Shown here: positions 26,301-41,300 of the stretch, piece after piece | How positions within the stretch are numbered: the stretch's first letter is position 1 | Layout: each line of letters opens with the position of its first letter | NCBI RefSeq assembly: GCF_009914755.1 | Contig: NC_060939.1 | Source: the human T2T-CHM13v2.0 reference genome, Homo sapiens | DNA: 64,000 bases | Reading direction: 5' to 3' (one strand) | Translations under genes and position numbers: made by a program | The notes under the pieces: generated by a model | What the model saw: the letters and a program-made list of their open reading frames with translations, nothing else | What the model was told of the DNA's origin: nothing | The model's database searches: none

Positions 26301-29300
26301 TCCTTTCCATTCGAGTGCATTCCATTCCGTTCCATTTCTTTCCGTTCTGTACGATTCCTACCGTTCGATTTCATTTTGTTCCAGTCCATTCTTTCGCGTC
26401 CATTCCATTCCATTTCACTCCATTCGATTCCATTCCACTCGATTCCACTTCGTTCCATTTCATTGCATTCCATTCTATTCAACTCTATTGCCTTCCATTC
26501 CATTCCATTCGATTACATTCCATGCGATTCCATTCGAAATCGAATCAATTACATTGCAATCCATTACTATTGAGTCCGTTTTATTCCAGTCCACTGCATT
26601 CTGGTCCATTCCATTTGATTCCATTCCATTCTATTCCATTCCATACAGTTGCATTCCATTGGATTCCATGCTATATCTATAAATTCAATTCGAGACCATT
26701 GCTTTTGAGTCCATTCTATATGATTCCATTCCATTCAAGTCCATTACATTTGGTTAAATTCCATTCCATTCGGTTCAATTCCATTCCATTCCATTCCCTT
26801 CCATTCCATTCCAGTTGATATCAATCCATTCGATTCCATTCCATTCGAGCACATTCCATTCGAGTCCATTCCATTCGATGCCATTCCATTTGATTCTATT
26901 CCATTAGTCTCCATTCAATTCCATTAATCTCCATTCCATTCCATTCTACTACAACTGATTCCATTCCATTCTATTCCTTTCCATTCCATTTCATTCCATT
27001 CCATTCCATTTCATTCCATTCCATTCCATTCGTGTCCATTCCACTGCAGTCCTTTCCATTCGTGTCCATTCCATTCCAGTCCATTCGATTTGTGTCCACT
27101 GCATTCAATTCCACTCCATTCCATATTATTCCATTACACTCCATTCCATTCTATTACTTTCATTTCCATTCAATTCCATTCCATTTGATTCCATTCCACT
27201 CGGTTTCATTCCATTTGAGTCCACTCCATTCCATTCCATTCCATTCCATTCAGTTCCATTCCATTCTGTTCCATTCCATTCCGTTCCATTACATTCCATT
27301 CCATTCGGTACCATTCCATATTGTTCCATTCGATTCCATTCGAATCCATTCCATTCCAGTCCATTCCATTCGATTCCATTCCATTCATTTCAATTCCATT
27401 CCATTCCATTACATTACATTCCACTTGATTCCTCTCCATTCCCTTCCACTGCATTCCGTTCGATTCCATTCCATTGCATTGCATTCCATTCCATTGGATT
27501 GCGTTCCATTTGATTCCATTCCATTCGAATCAATTACATACCAATCCATTACATTCGAGTCTATTCTCTTCCGTTCCATTCGATTTCGTTCCAATCCATT
27601 CGATTCCATTCCATTCGATTCCATTCCATACTATTGCATTCCATTCGATTACATTATATTCGAATAAGTTCCATTCAAGACCATTTCTTTTGAGTCCATT
27701 CTATTTGAGTCCATTCCCTTTGATTCCATAACATTTGAGTCCATTCAATTCCATTCCTTTCGTTTCCATTCCATTTGATGCCATTCCATTCAATTCTGTT
27801 CTACTCGACTCCAATACATTCAATTCCATTCCATCCGATTCCATTACATTCTTTTCATTTCTTATCCATTTCAAGCCATTCCACTCCATTCCATTCCACT
27901 CGTTTCCTTTCCATTCGAGTCCATTCCTCTCCAGTCCATTCCGTTCAATCCATTCCATTCCAGTCCATTCCATTCGAGTCCGTTCCATTCCAGTCCATTC
28001 CATTCGAGTCAATTCCATTCCATTCGATGTCTTTCCATAACGATCCATTCCATTCTATTCCTTTCGATTCCATTCCATTCTATTTCATTCCATTCGATTC
28101 CCTTCCATTGGACTCCTTTCCATTCGAGTGCATTCCATTCCGTTCCATTTCTTTCCGTTCTGTACGATTCCTACCGTTCGATTTCATTTTGTTCCAGTCC
28201 ATTCCTTTCGCGTCCATTCCATTCCATTTCACTCCATTCGATTCCATTCCACTCGATTCCACTTCGTTCCATTTCATTGCATTCCATTCCATTCAACTCT
28301 ATTGCCTTCCATTCCATTCCATTCGATTACATTCCATGCGATTCCATTCGAAATCGAATCAATTACATTGCAAACCATTACTATTGAGTCCGTTTTATTC
28401 CAGTCCACTGCATTCTGGTCCATTCCATTTGATTCCATTCCATTCTATTCCATTCCATACAGTTGCATTCCATTGGATTCCATGCTATATCTATAAATTC
28501 AATTCGAGACCATTGCTTTTGAGTCCATTCTATATGATTCCATTCCATTCAAGTCCATTACATTTGGTTCAATTCCATTCCTTTCCATTCCCTTTCATTC
28601 CATTCCATTTGATATCAATCCATTCGATTCCATTCCATTCGAGCACATTCCATTCGAGTCCATTCCATTCGATGCCATTCCATTTGATTCTATTCCATTA
28701 GTCTCCATTCAATTCCATTAATCTCCATTCCATTCCATTCTACTCCAACTGATTCCATTCCATTCTATTCCTTTCCATTCCATTTCATTCCATTGCATTC
28801 CATTTCATTCCATTCCATTCCATTCGTGTCCATTCCACTCCAGTCCATTCCATTCGTGTCCATTCCATTCCAGTCCATTCCATTTGTGTCCACTGCATTC
28901 CATTCCACTCCATTCCATATTATTCCATTACACTCCATTCCATTCTATTACTTTCATTTCCATTCAATTCCATTCCATTTCATTCCATTCCACTCGGTTT
29001 CATTCCATTTGAGTCCACTCCATTCCATTCCATTCCATTCCATTCAGTTCCATTCCATTCTGTTCCATTCCATTCCGTTCCATTCCATTCCATTCCATTC
29101 GGTACCATTCCATACTGTTCCATTGGATTCCATTCGAATCCATTCCATTCCAGTCCATTCCATTCGATTCCATTCCATTCATTTCAATTCCATTCCATTC
29201 CATTCCATTACATTCCACTTGATTCCTCTCCATTCCCTTCCACTGCATTCCGTTCGATTCCATTCCATTGCATTGCATTCCATTCCATTGGATTGCATTC

Positions 29301-32300
29301 CATTCGATTCCATTCCATTCGAATCAATTACATAGCAATCCATTACATTCGAGTCTATTCTATTCCGTTCCATTCGATTTCGTTCCAATCCATTCGATTC
29401 CATTCCATTCGATTCCATTCCATACTATTGCATTCCATTCGATTACATTATATTCGAATAAGTTCCATTCAAGACCATTTCTTTTGAGTCCATTCTATTT
29501 GAGTCCATTCCCTTTGATTCCATAACATTTGAGTCCATTCAATTCCATTCCTTTCGTTTCCATTCCATTTGATGCCATTCCATTCAATTCTGTTCTACTC
29601 GACTCCAATACATTCAATTCCATTCCATCCGATTCCATTACATTCTTTTCATTTCTTATCCATTTCAAGCCATTCCACTCCATTCCATTCCACTCGTTTC
29701 CTTTCCATTCGAGTCCATTCCTCTCCAGTCCATTCCGTTCAATCCATTCCATTCCAGTCCATTCCATTCGAGTCCGTTCCATTCCAGTCCATTCCATTCG
29801 AGTCAATTCCATTCCATTCGATGTCTTTCCATAACGATCCATTCCATTCTATTCCTTTCGATTCCATTCCATTCTATTTCATTCCATTCGATTCCCTTCC
29901 ATTGGACTCCTTTCCATTCGAGTGCATTCCATTCCGTTCCATTTCTTTCCGTTCTGTACGATTCCTACCGTTCGATTTCATTTTGTTCCAGTCCATTCCT
30001 TTCGCGTCCATTCCATTCCATTTCACTCCATTCGATTCCATTCCACTCGATTCCACTTCGTTCCATTTCATTGCATTCCATTCTATTCAACTCTATTGCC
30101 TTCCATTCCATTCCATTCGATTACATTCCATGCGATTCCATTCGAAATCGAATCAATTACATTGCAATCCATTACTATTGAGTCCGTTTTATTCCAGTCC
30201 ACTGCATTCTGGTCCATTCCATTTGATTCCATTCCATTCTATTCCATTCCATACAGTTGCATTCCATTGGATTCCATGCTATATCTATAAATTCAATTCG
30301 AGACCATTGCTTTTGAGTCCATTCTATATGATTCCATTCCATTCAAGTCCATTACATTTGGTTAAATTCCATTCCATTCGGTTCAATTCCATTCCATTCC
30401 ATTCCCTTCCATTCCATTCCAGTTGATATCAATCCATTCGATTCCATTCCATTCGAGCACATTCCATTCGATGCCATTCCATTTGATTCTATTCCATTAG
30501 TCTCCATTCAATTCCATTAATCTCCATTCCATTCCATTCTACTCCAACTGATTCCATTCCATTCTATTCCATTCCATTCCATTTCATTCCATTCCATTCC
30601 ATTTCATTCCATTCCATTCCATTCGTGTCCATTCCACTGCAGTCCATTCCATTCGTGTCCATTCCATTCCAGTCCATTCGATTTGTGTCCACTGCATTCA
30701 ATTCCACTCCATTCCATATTATTCCATTACACTCCATTCCATTCTATTACTTTCATTTCCATTCAATTCCATTCCATTTGATTCCATTCCACTCGGTTTC
30801 ATTCCATTTGAGTCCACTCCATTCCATTCCATTCCATTCCATTCAGTTCCATTCCATTCTGTTCCATTCCATTCCGTTCCATTACATTCCATTCCATTCG
30901 GTACCATTCCATATTGTTCCATTCGATTCCATTCGAATCCATTCCATTCCAGTCCATTCCATTCGATTCCATTCCATTCATTTCAATTCCATTCCATTCC
31001 ATTACATTACATTCCACTTGATTCCTCTCCATTCCCTTCCACTGCATTCCGTTCGATTCCATTCCATTGCATTGCATTCCATTCCATTGGATTGCGTTCC
31101 ATTTGATTCCATTCCATTCGAATCAATTACATACCAATCCATTACATTCGAGTCTATTCTCTTCCGTTCCATTCGATTTCGTTCCAATCCATTCGATTCC
31201 ATTCCATTCGATTCCATTCCATACTATTGCATTCCATTCGATTACATTATATTCGAATAAGTTCCATTCAAGACCATTTCTTTTGAGTCCATTCTATTTG
31301 AGTCCATTCCCTTTGATTCCATAACATTTGAGTCCATTCAATTCCATTCCTTTCGTTTCCATTCCATTTGATGCCATTCCATTCAATTCTGTTCTACTCG
31401 ACTCCAATACATTCAATTCCATTCCATCCGATTCCATTACATTCTTTTCATTTCTTATCCATTTCAAGCCATTCCACTCCATTCCATTCCACTCGTTTCC
31501 TTTCCATTCGAGTCCATTCCTCTCCAGTCCATTCCGTTCAATCCATTCCATTCCAGTCCATTCCATTCGAGTCCGTTCCATTCCAGTCCATTCCATTCGA
31601 GTCAATTCCATTCCATTCGATGTCTTTCCATAACGATCCATTCCATTCTATTCCTTTCGATTCCATTCCATTCTATTTCATTCCATTCGATTCCCTTCCA
31701 TTGGACTCCTTTCCATTCGAGTGCATTCCATTCCGTTCCATTTCTTTCCGTTCTGTACGATTCCTACCGTTCGATTTCATTTTGTTCCAGTCCATTCCTT
31801 TCGCGTCCATTCCATTCCATTTCACTCCATTCGATTCCATTCCACTCGATTCCACTTCGTTCCATTTCATTGCATTCCATTCCATTCAACTCTATTGCCT
31901 TCCATTCCATTCCATTCGATTACATTCCATGCGATTCCATTCGAAATCGAATCAATTACATTGCAAACCATTACTATTGAGTCCGTTTTATTCCAGTCCA
32001 CTGCATTCTGGTCCATTCCATTTGATTCCATTCCATTCTATTCCATTCCATACAGTTGCATTCCATTGGATTCCATGCTATATCTATAAATTCAATTCGA
32101 GACCATTGCTTTTGAGTCCATTCTATATGATTCCATTCCATTCAAGTCCATTACATTTGGTTCAATTCCATTCCTTTCCATTCCCTTTCATTCCATTCCA
32201 TTTGATATCAATCCATTCGATTCCATTCCATTCGAGCACATTCCATTCGAGTCCATTCCATTCGATGCCATTCCATTTGATTCTATTCCATTAGTCTCCA

Positions 32301-35300
32301 TTCAATTCCATTAATCTCCATTCCATTCCATTCTACTCCAACTGATTCCATTCCATTCTATTCCTTTCCATTCCATTTCATTCCATTGCATTCCATTTCA
32401 TTCCATTCCATTCCATTCGTGTCCATTCCACTCCAGTCCATTCCATTCGTGTCTATTCCATTCCAGTCCATTCCATTTGTGTCCACTGCATTCCATTCCA
32501 CTCCATTCCATATTATTCCATTACACTCCATTCCATTCTATTACTTTCATTTCCATTCAATTCCATTCCATTTCATTCCATTCCACTCGGTTTCATTCCA
32601 TTTGAGTCCACTCCATTCCATTCCATTCCATTCCATTCAGTTCCATTCCATTCTGTTCCATTCCATTCCGTTCCATTCCATTCCATTCCATTCGGTACCA
32701 TTCCATACTGTTCCATTCGATTCCATTCGAATCCATTCCATTCCAGTCCATTCCATTCGATTCCATTCCATTCATTTCAATTCCATTCCATTCCATTCCA
32801 TTACATTCCACTTGATTCCTCTCCATTCCCTTCCACTGCATTCCGTTCGATTCCATTCCATTGCATTGCATTCCATTCCATTGGATTGCATTCCATTCGA
32901 TTCCATTCCATTCGAATCAATTACATAGCAATCCATTACATTCGAGTCTATTCTATTCCGTTCCATTCGATTTCGTTCCAATCCATTCGATTCCATTCCA
33001 TTCGATTCCATTCCATACTATTGCATTCCATTCGATTACATTATATTCGAATAAGTTCCATTCAAGACCATTTCTTTTGAGTCCATTCTATTTGAGTCCA
33101 TTCCCTTTGATTCCATAACATTTGAGTCCATTCAATTCCATTCCTTTCGTTTCCATTCCATTTGATGCCATTCCATTCAATTCTGTTCTACTCGACTCCA
33201 ATACATTCAATTCCATTCCATCCGATTCCATTACATTCTTTTCATTTCTTATCCATTTCAAGCCATTCCACTCCATTCCATTCCACTCGTTTCCTTTCCA
33301 TTCGAGTCCATTCCTCTCCAGTCCATTCCGTTCAATCCATTCCATTCCAGTCCATTCCATTCGAGTCCGTTCCATTCCAGTCCATTCCATTCGAGTCAAT
33401 TCCATCCCATTCGATGTCTTTCCATAACGATCCATTCCATTCTATTCCTTTCGATTCCATTCCATTCTATTTCATTCCATTCGATTCCCTTCCATTGGAC
33501 TCCTTTCCATTCGAGTGCATTCCATTCCGTTCCATTTCTTTCCGTTCTGTACGATTCCTACCGTTCGATTTCATTTTGTTCCAGTCCATTCCTTTCGCGT
33601 CCATTCCATTCCATTTCACTCCATTCGATTCCATTCCACTCGATTCCACTTCGTTCCATTTCATTGCATTCCATTCTATTCAACTCTATTGCCTTCCATT
33701 CCATTCCATTCGATTACATTCCATGCGATTCCATTCGAAATCGAATCAATTACATTGCAATCCATTACTATTGAGTCCATTTTATTCCAGTCCACGGCAT
33801 TCTGGTCCATTCCATTTGATTCCATTCCATTCTATTCCATTCCATACAGTTGCATTCCATTGAACTCCATTCTATATCTATAAATTCAATTGGAGACCAT
33901 TGCTTTTGAGTCCATTCTATATGATTCCATTCCATTCAAGTCCATTACATTTGGTTCAATTCCATTCCATTCCATTCCCTTCCATTCCATTCCAGTTGAT
34001 ATCAATCCATTCGATTCCATTCCATTCGAGCACATTCCATTCGAGTCCATTCCATTCGATGCCATTCCATTTGATTCTATTCCATTAGTCTCCATTCAAT
34101 TCCATTAATCTCCATTCCATTCCATTCTACTCCAACTGATTCCATTCCATTCTATTCCTTTCCATTCCATTTCATTCCATTCCATTCCATTCCATTTCAT
34201 TCCATTCCATTCCATTAGTGTCCATTCCACTCCAGTCCATTCCATTCGTATCCATTCCATTCCAGTCCATTCCATTTGTGTCCACTGCATTCCATTCCAC
34301 TCCATTCCATATTATTCCATTACACTCCATTCCATTCTATTACTTTCATTTCCATTCAATTCCATTCGATTTGATTCCATTCCACTCGGTTTCATTCCAT
34401 TTGAGTCCACTCCATTCCATTCCATTCCATTCAGTTCCATTCCATTCTGTTCCATTCCATTCCGTTCCATTACATTCCATTCCATTCGGTACCATTCCAT
34501 ATTGTTCCATTCGATTCCATTCGAATCCATTCCATTCCAGTCCATTCCATTCGATTCCATTCCATTCATTTCAATTCCATTCCATTCCATTCCATTACAT
34601 TCCACTTGATTCCTCTCCATTCCTTTCCACTGCATTCCGTTCGATTCCATTCCATTGCATTGCATTCCATTCCATTGGATTGCATTCCATTCGATTCCAT
34701 TCCATTCGAATCAATTACATAGCAATCCATTACATTCGAGTCTATTCTCTTCCGTTCCATTCGATTTCGTTCCAATCCATTCGATTCCATTCCATTCGAT
34801 TCCATTCCATACTATTGCATTCCATTCGATTACATTATATTCGAATAAGTTCCATTCAAGACCATTTCTTTTGAGTCCATTCTATTTGAGTCCATTCCCT
34901 TTGATTCCATAACATTTGAGTCCATTCAATTCCATTCCTTTCGTTTCCATTCCATTTGATGCCATTCCATTCAATTCTGTTCTACCCGACTCCAATACAT
35001 TCAATTCCATTCCATCCGATTCCATTACATTCTTTTCATTTCTTATCCATTTCAAGCCATTCCACTCCATTCCATTCCACTCGTTTCCTTTCCATTCGAG
35101 TCCATTCCTCTCCAGTCCATTCCGTTCAATCCATTCCATTCCAGTCCATTCCATTCGAGTCCGTTCCATTCCAGTCCATTCCATTCGAGTCAATTCCATT
35201 CCATTCGATGTCTTTCCATAACGATCCATTCCATTCTATTCCTTTCGATTCCATTCCATTCTATTTCATTCCATTCGATTCCCTTCCATTGGACTCCTTT

Positions 35301-38300
35301 CCATTCGAGTGCATTCCATTCCGTTCCATTTCTTTCCGTTCTGTACGATTCCTACCGTTCGATTTCATTTTGTTCCAGTCCATTCTTTCGCGTCCATTCC
35401 ATTCCATTTCACTCCATTCGATTCCATTCCACTCGATTCCACTTCGTTCCATTTCATTGCATTCCATTCTATTCAACTCTATTGCCTTCCATTCCATTCC
35501 ATTCGATTACATTCCATGCGATTCCATTCGAAATCGAATCAATTACATTGCAATCCATTACTATTGAGTCCATTTTATTCCAGTCCACTGCATTCTGGTC
35601 CATTCCATTTGATTCCATTCCATTCTATTCCATTCCATAGAGATGCATTCCATTGGATTCTATGCTATATCTATAAACTCAATTCGAGACCATTGCTTTT
35701 GAGTCCATTCCATATGATTCCATTCCATTCAAGTCCATTACATTTGGTTAAATTCCATTCCATTCGGTTCAATTCCATTCCATTCCATTCCCTTCCATTC
35801 CATTCCAGTTGATATCAGTCCATTCGATTCCATTCCATTCGAGCACATTCCATTCGAGTCCATTCCATTCGATGCCATTCCATTTGATTCTATTCCATTA
35901 GTCTCCATTCAATTCCATTAATCTCCATTCCATTCCATTCTACTCCAAATGATTCCATTCCATTCTATTCCTTTCCATTCCATTTCATTCCATTCCATTC
36001 CATTCCATTCCATTCCATTCCATTCCATTCGTGTCCATTCCACTCCAGTCCATTCCATTCGTATCCATTCCATTCCAGTCCATTCCATTTGTGTCCACTG
36101 CATTCCATTCCACTCCATTCCATATTATTCCATTACACTCCATTCCATTCTATTACTTTCATTTCCATTCAATTCCATTCCATTTGATTCCATTCCACTC
36201 GGTTTCATTCCATTTGAGTCCACTCCATTCCATTCCATTCCATTCAGTTCCATTCCATTCTGTTCCATTCCATTCCGTTCCATTAAATTCCAATCCATTC
36301 GGTACCATTCCATATTGTTCCATTCGATTCCATTCGAATCCATTCCATTCCAGTCCATTCCATTCGATTCCATTCCATTCATTTCAATTCCATTCCATTC
36401 CATTCCATTACATTCCACTTGATTCCTCTCCATTCCCTTCCACTGCATTCCGTTCGATTCCATTCCATTGCATTGCATTCCATTCCATTGGATTGCATTC
36501 CATTCGATTCCATTCCATTCGAATCAATTACATAGCAATCCATTACATTCGAGTCTATTCTCTTCCGTTCCATTCGATTTCGTTCCAATCCATTCGATTC
36601 CATTCCATTCGATTCCATTCCATACTATTGCATTCCATTCGATTACATTATATTTGAATAAGTTCCATTCAAGACCATTTCTTTTGAGTCCATTCTATTT
36701 GAGTCCATTCCCTTTGATTCCATAACATTTGAGTCCATTCAATTCCATTCCTTTCGTTTCCATTCCATTTGATGCCATTCCATTCAATTCTGTTCTACTC
36801 GACTCCAATACATTCAATTCCATTCCATCCGATTCCATTACATTCTTTTCATTTCTTATCCATTTCAAGCCATTCCACTCCATTCCATTCCACTCGTTTC
36901 CTTTCCATTCGAGTCCATTCCTCTCCAGTCCATTCCGTTCAATCCATTCCATTCCAGTCCATTCCATTCGAGTCCGTTCCATTCCAGTCCACTCCATTCG
37001 AGTCAATTCCATTCCATTCGATGTCTTTCCATAACGATCCATTCCATTCTATTCCTTTCGATTCCATTCCATTCTATTTCATTCCATTCGATTCCCTTCC
37101 ATTGGACTCCTTTCCATTCGAGTGCATTCCATTCCGTTCCATTTCTTTCCGTTCTGTACGATTCCTACCGTTCGATTTCATTTTGTTCCAGTCCATTCTT
37201 TCGCGTCCATTCCATTCCATTTCACTCCATTCGATTCCATTCCACTCGATTCCACTTCGTTCCATTTCATTGCATTCCATTCTATTCAACTCTATTGCCT
37301 TCCATTCCATTCCATTCGATTACATTCCATGCGATTCCATTCGAAATCGAATCAATTACATTGCAATCCATTACTACTGAGTCCGTTTTATTCCAGTCCA
37401 CTGCATTCTGGTCCATTCCATTTGATTCCATTCCATTCTATTCCATTCCATAGAGTTGCATTCCATTGGATTCCATGCTATATCTATAAATTCAATTCGA
37501 GACCATTGCTTTTGAGTCCATTCTATATGATTCCATTCCATTCAAGTCCATTACATTTGGTTAAATTCCATTCCATTCGGTTCAATTCCATTCCATTCCA
37601 TTCCCTTCCATTCCATTCCAGTTGATATCAATCCATTCGATTCCATTCCATTCGAGCACATTCCATTCGAGTCCATTCCATTCGATGCCATTCCATTTGA
37701 TTCTATTCCATTAGTCTCCATTCAATTCCATTAATCTCCATTCCATTCCATTCTACTCCAACTGATTCCATTCCATTCTATTCCTTTCCATTCCATTTCA
37801 TTCCATTCCATTCCATTCCATTCCATTCCATTCCATTCCATTCCATTCGTGTCCATTCCACTCCAGTCCATTCCATTCGTATCCATTCCATTCCAGTCCA
37901 TTCCATTTGTGTCCACTGCATTCCATTCCACTCCATTCCATATTATTCCATTACACTCCATTCCATTCTATTACATTCATTTCCATTCAATTCCATTCCA
38001 TTTGATTCCATTCCACTCGGTTTCATTCCATTTGAGTCCACTCCATTCCATTCCATTCCATTCAGTTCCATTCCATTCTGTTCCATTCCATTCCGTTCCA
38101 TTACATTCCATTCCATTCGGTACCATTCCATATTGTTCCATTCGATTCCATTCGAATCCATTGCATTCCAGTCCATTCCATTCGATTCCATTCCATTCAT
38201 TTCAATTCCATTCCATTCCATTCCATTACATTCCACTTGATTCCTCTCCATTCCCTTCCACTGCATTCCATTCGATTCCATTCCATTGCATTGCATTCCA

Positions 38301-41300
38301 TTCCATTGGATTGCATTCCATTCGATTCCATTCCATTCGAATCAATTACATAGCAATCCATTACATTCGAGTCTATTCTATTCCGTTCCATTCGATTTCG
38401 TTCCAATCCATTCGATTCCATTCCATTCGATTCCATTTCATACTATTGCATTCCATTCGATTACATTATATTCGAATAAGTTCCATTCAAGACCATTTCT
38501 TTTGAGTCCATTCTATTTGAGTCCATTCCCTTTGATTCCATAACATTTGAGTCCATTCAATTCCATTCCTTTCGTTTCCATTCCATTTGATGCCATTCCA
38601 TTCAATTCTGTTCTACTCGACTCCAATACATTCAATTCCATTCCATCCGATTCCATTACATTCTTTTCATTTCTTATCCATTTCAAGCCATTCCACTCCA
38701 TTCCATTCCACTCGTTTCCTTTCCATTCGAGTCCATTCCTCTCCAGTCCATTCCGTTCAATCCATTCCATTCCAGTCCATTCCATTCGAGTCCGTTCCAT
38801 TCCAGTCCATTCCATTCGAGTCAATTCCATTCCATTCGATGTCTTTCCATAACGATCCATTCCATTCTATTCCTTTCGATTCCATTCCATTCTATTTCAT
38901 TCCATTCGATTCCCTTCCATTGGACTCCTTTCCATTCGAGTGCATTCCATTCCGTTCCATTTCTTTCCGTTCTGTACGATTCCTACCGTTCGATTTCATT
39001 TTGTTCCAGTCCATTCCTTTCGCGTCCATTCCATTCCATTTCACTCCATTCGATTCCATTCCACTCGATTCCACTTCGTTCCATTTCATTGCATTCCATT
39101 CTATTCAACTCTATTGCCTTCCATTCCATTCCATTCGATTACATTCCATGCGATTCCATTCGAAATCGAATCAATTACATTGCAATCCATTACTATTGAG
39201 TCCGTTTTACTCCAGTCCACTGCATTCTGGTCCATTCCATTTGATTCCATTCCATTCTATTCCATTCCATACAGTTGCATTCCATTGGATTCCATGCTAT
39301 ATCTATAAATTCAATTCGAGACCATTGCTTTTGAGTCCATTCTATATGATTCCATTCCATTCAAGTCCATTACATTTGGTTAAATTCCATTCCATTCGGT
39401 TCAATTCCATTCCATTCCATTCCCTTCCATTCCATTCCAGTTGATATCAATCCATTCGATTCCATTCCATTCGAGCACATTCCATTCGATGCCATTCCAT
39501 TTGATTCTATTCCATTAGTCTCCATTCAATTCCATTAATCTCCATTCCATTCCATTCTACTCCAACTGATTCCATTCCATTCTATTCCATTCCATTCCAT
39601 TTCATTCCATTCCATTCCATTTCATTCTATTCCATTCCATTCGTGTCCATTCCACTGCAGTCCATTCCATTCGTGTCCATTCCATTCCAGTCCATTCGAT
39701 TTGTGTCCACTGCATTCAATTCCACTCCATTCCATATTATTCCATTACACTCCATTCCATTCTATTACTTTCATTTCCATTCAATTCCATTCCATTTGAT
39801 TCCATTCCACTCGGTTTCATTCCATTTGAGTCCACTCCATTCCATTCCATTCCATTCCATTCAGTTCCATTCCATTCTGTTCCATTCCATTCCGTTCCAT
39901 TACATTCCATTCCATTCGGTACCATTCCATATTGTTCCATTCGATTCCATTCGAATCCATTCCATTCCAGTCCATTCCATTCGATTCCATTCCATTCATT
40001 TCAATTCCATTCCATTCCATTACATTACATTCCACTTGATTCCTCTCCATTCCCTTCCACTGCATTCCGTTCGATTCCATTCCATTGCATTGCATTCCAT
40101 TCCATTGGATTGCGTTCCATTTGATTCCATTCCATTCGAATCAATTACATACCAATCCATTACATTCGAGTCTATTCTCTTCCGTTCCATTCGATTTCGT
40201 TCCAATCCATTCGATTCCATTCCATTCGATTCCATTCCATACTATTGCATTCCATTCGATTACATTATATTCGAATAAGTTCCATTCAAGACCATTTCTT
40301 TTGAGTCCATTCTATTTGAGTCCATTCCCTTTGATTCCATAACATTTGAGTCCATTCAATTCCATTCCTTTCGTTTCCATTCCATTTGATGCCATTCCAT
40401 TCAATTCTGTTCTACTCGACTCCAATACATTCAATTCCATTCCATCCGATTCCATTACATTCTTTTCATTTCTTATCCATTTCAAGCCATTCCACTCCAT
40501 TCCATTCCACTCGTTTCCTTTCCATTCGAGTCCATTCCTCTCCAGTCCATTCCGTTCAATCCATTCCATTCCAGTCCATTCCATTCGAGTCCGTTCCATT
40601 CCAGTCCATTCCATTCGAGTCAATTCCATTCCATTCGATGTCTTTCCATAACGATCCATTCCATTCTATTCCTTTCGATTCCATTCCATTCTATTTCATT
40701 CCATTCGATTCCCTTCCATTGGACTCCTTTCCATTCGAGTGCATTCCATTCCGTTCCATTTCTTTCCGTTCTGTACGATTCCTACCGTTCGATTTCATTT
40801 TGTTCCAGTCCATTCCTTTCGCGTCCATTCCATTCCATTTCACTCCATTCGATTCCATTCCACTCGATTCCACTTCGTTCCATTTCATTGCATTCCATTC
40901 CATTCAACTCTATTGCCTTCCATTCCATTCCATTCGATTACATTCCATGCGATTCCATTCGAAATCGAATCAATTACATTGCAAACCATTACTATTGAGT
41001 CCGTTTTATTCCAGTCCACTGCATTCTGGTCCATTCCATTTGATTCCATTCCATTCTATTCCATTCCATACAGTTGCATTCCATTGGATTCCATGCTATA
41101 TCTATAAATTCAATTCGAGACCATTGCTTTTGAGTCCATTCTATATGATTCCATTCCATTCAAGTCCATTACATTTGGTTCAATTCCATTCCATTCCATT
41201 CCCTTTCATTCCATTCCATTTGATATCAATCCATTCGATTCCATTCCATTCGAGCACATTCCATTCGAGTCCATTCCATTCGATGCCATTCCATTTGATT

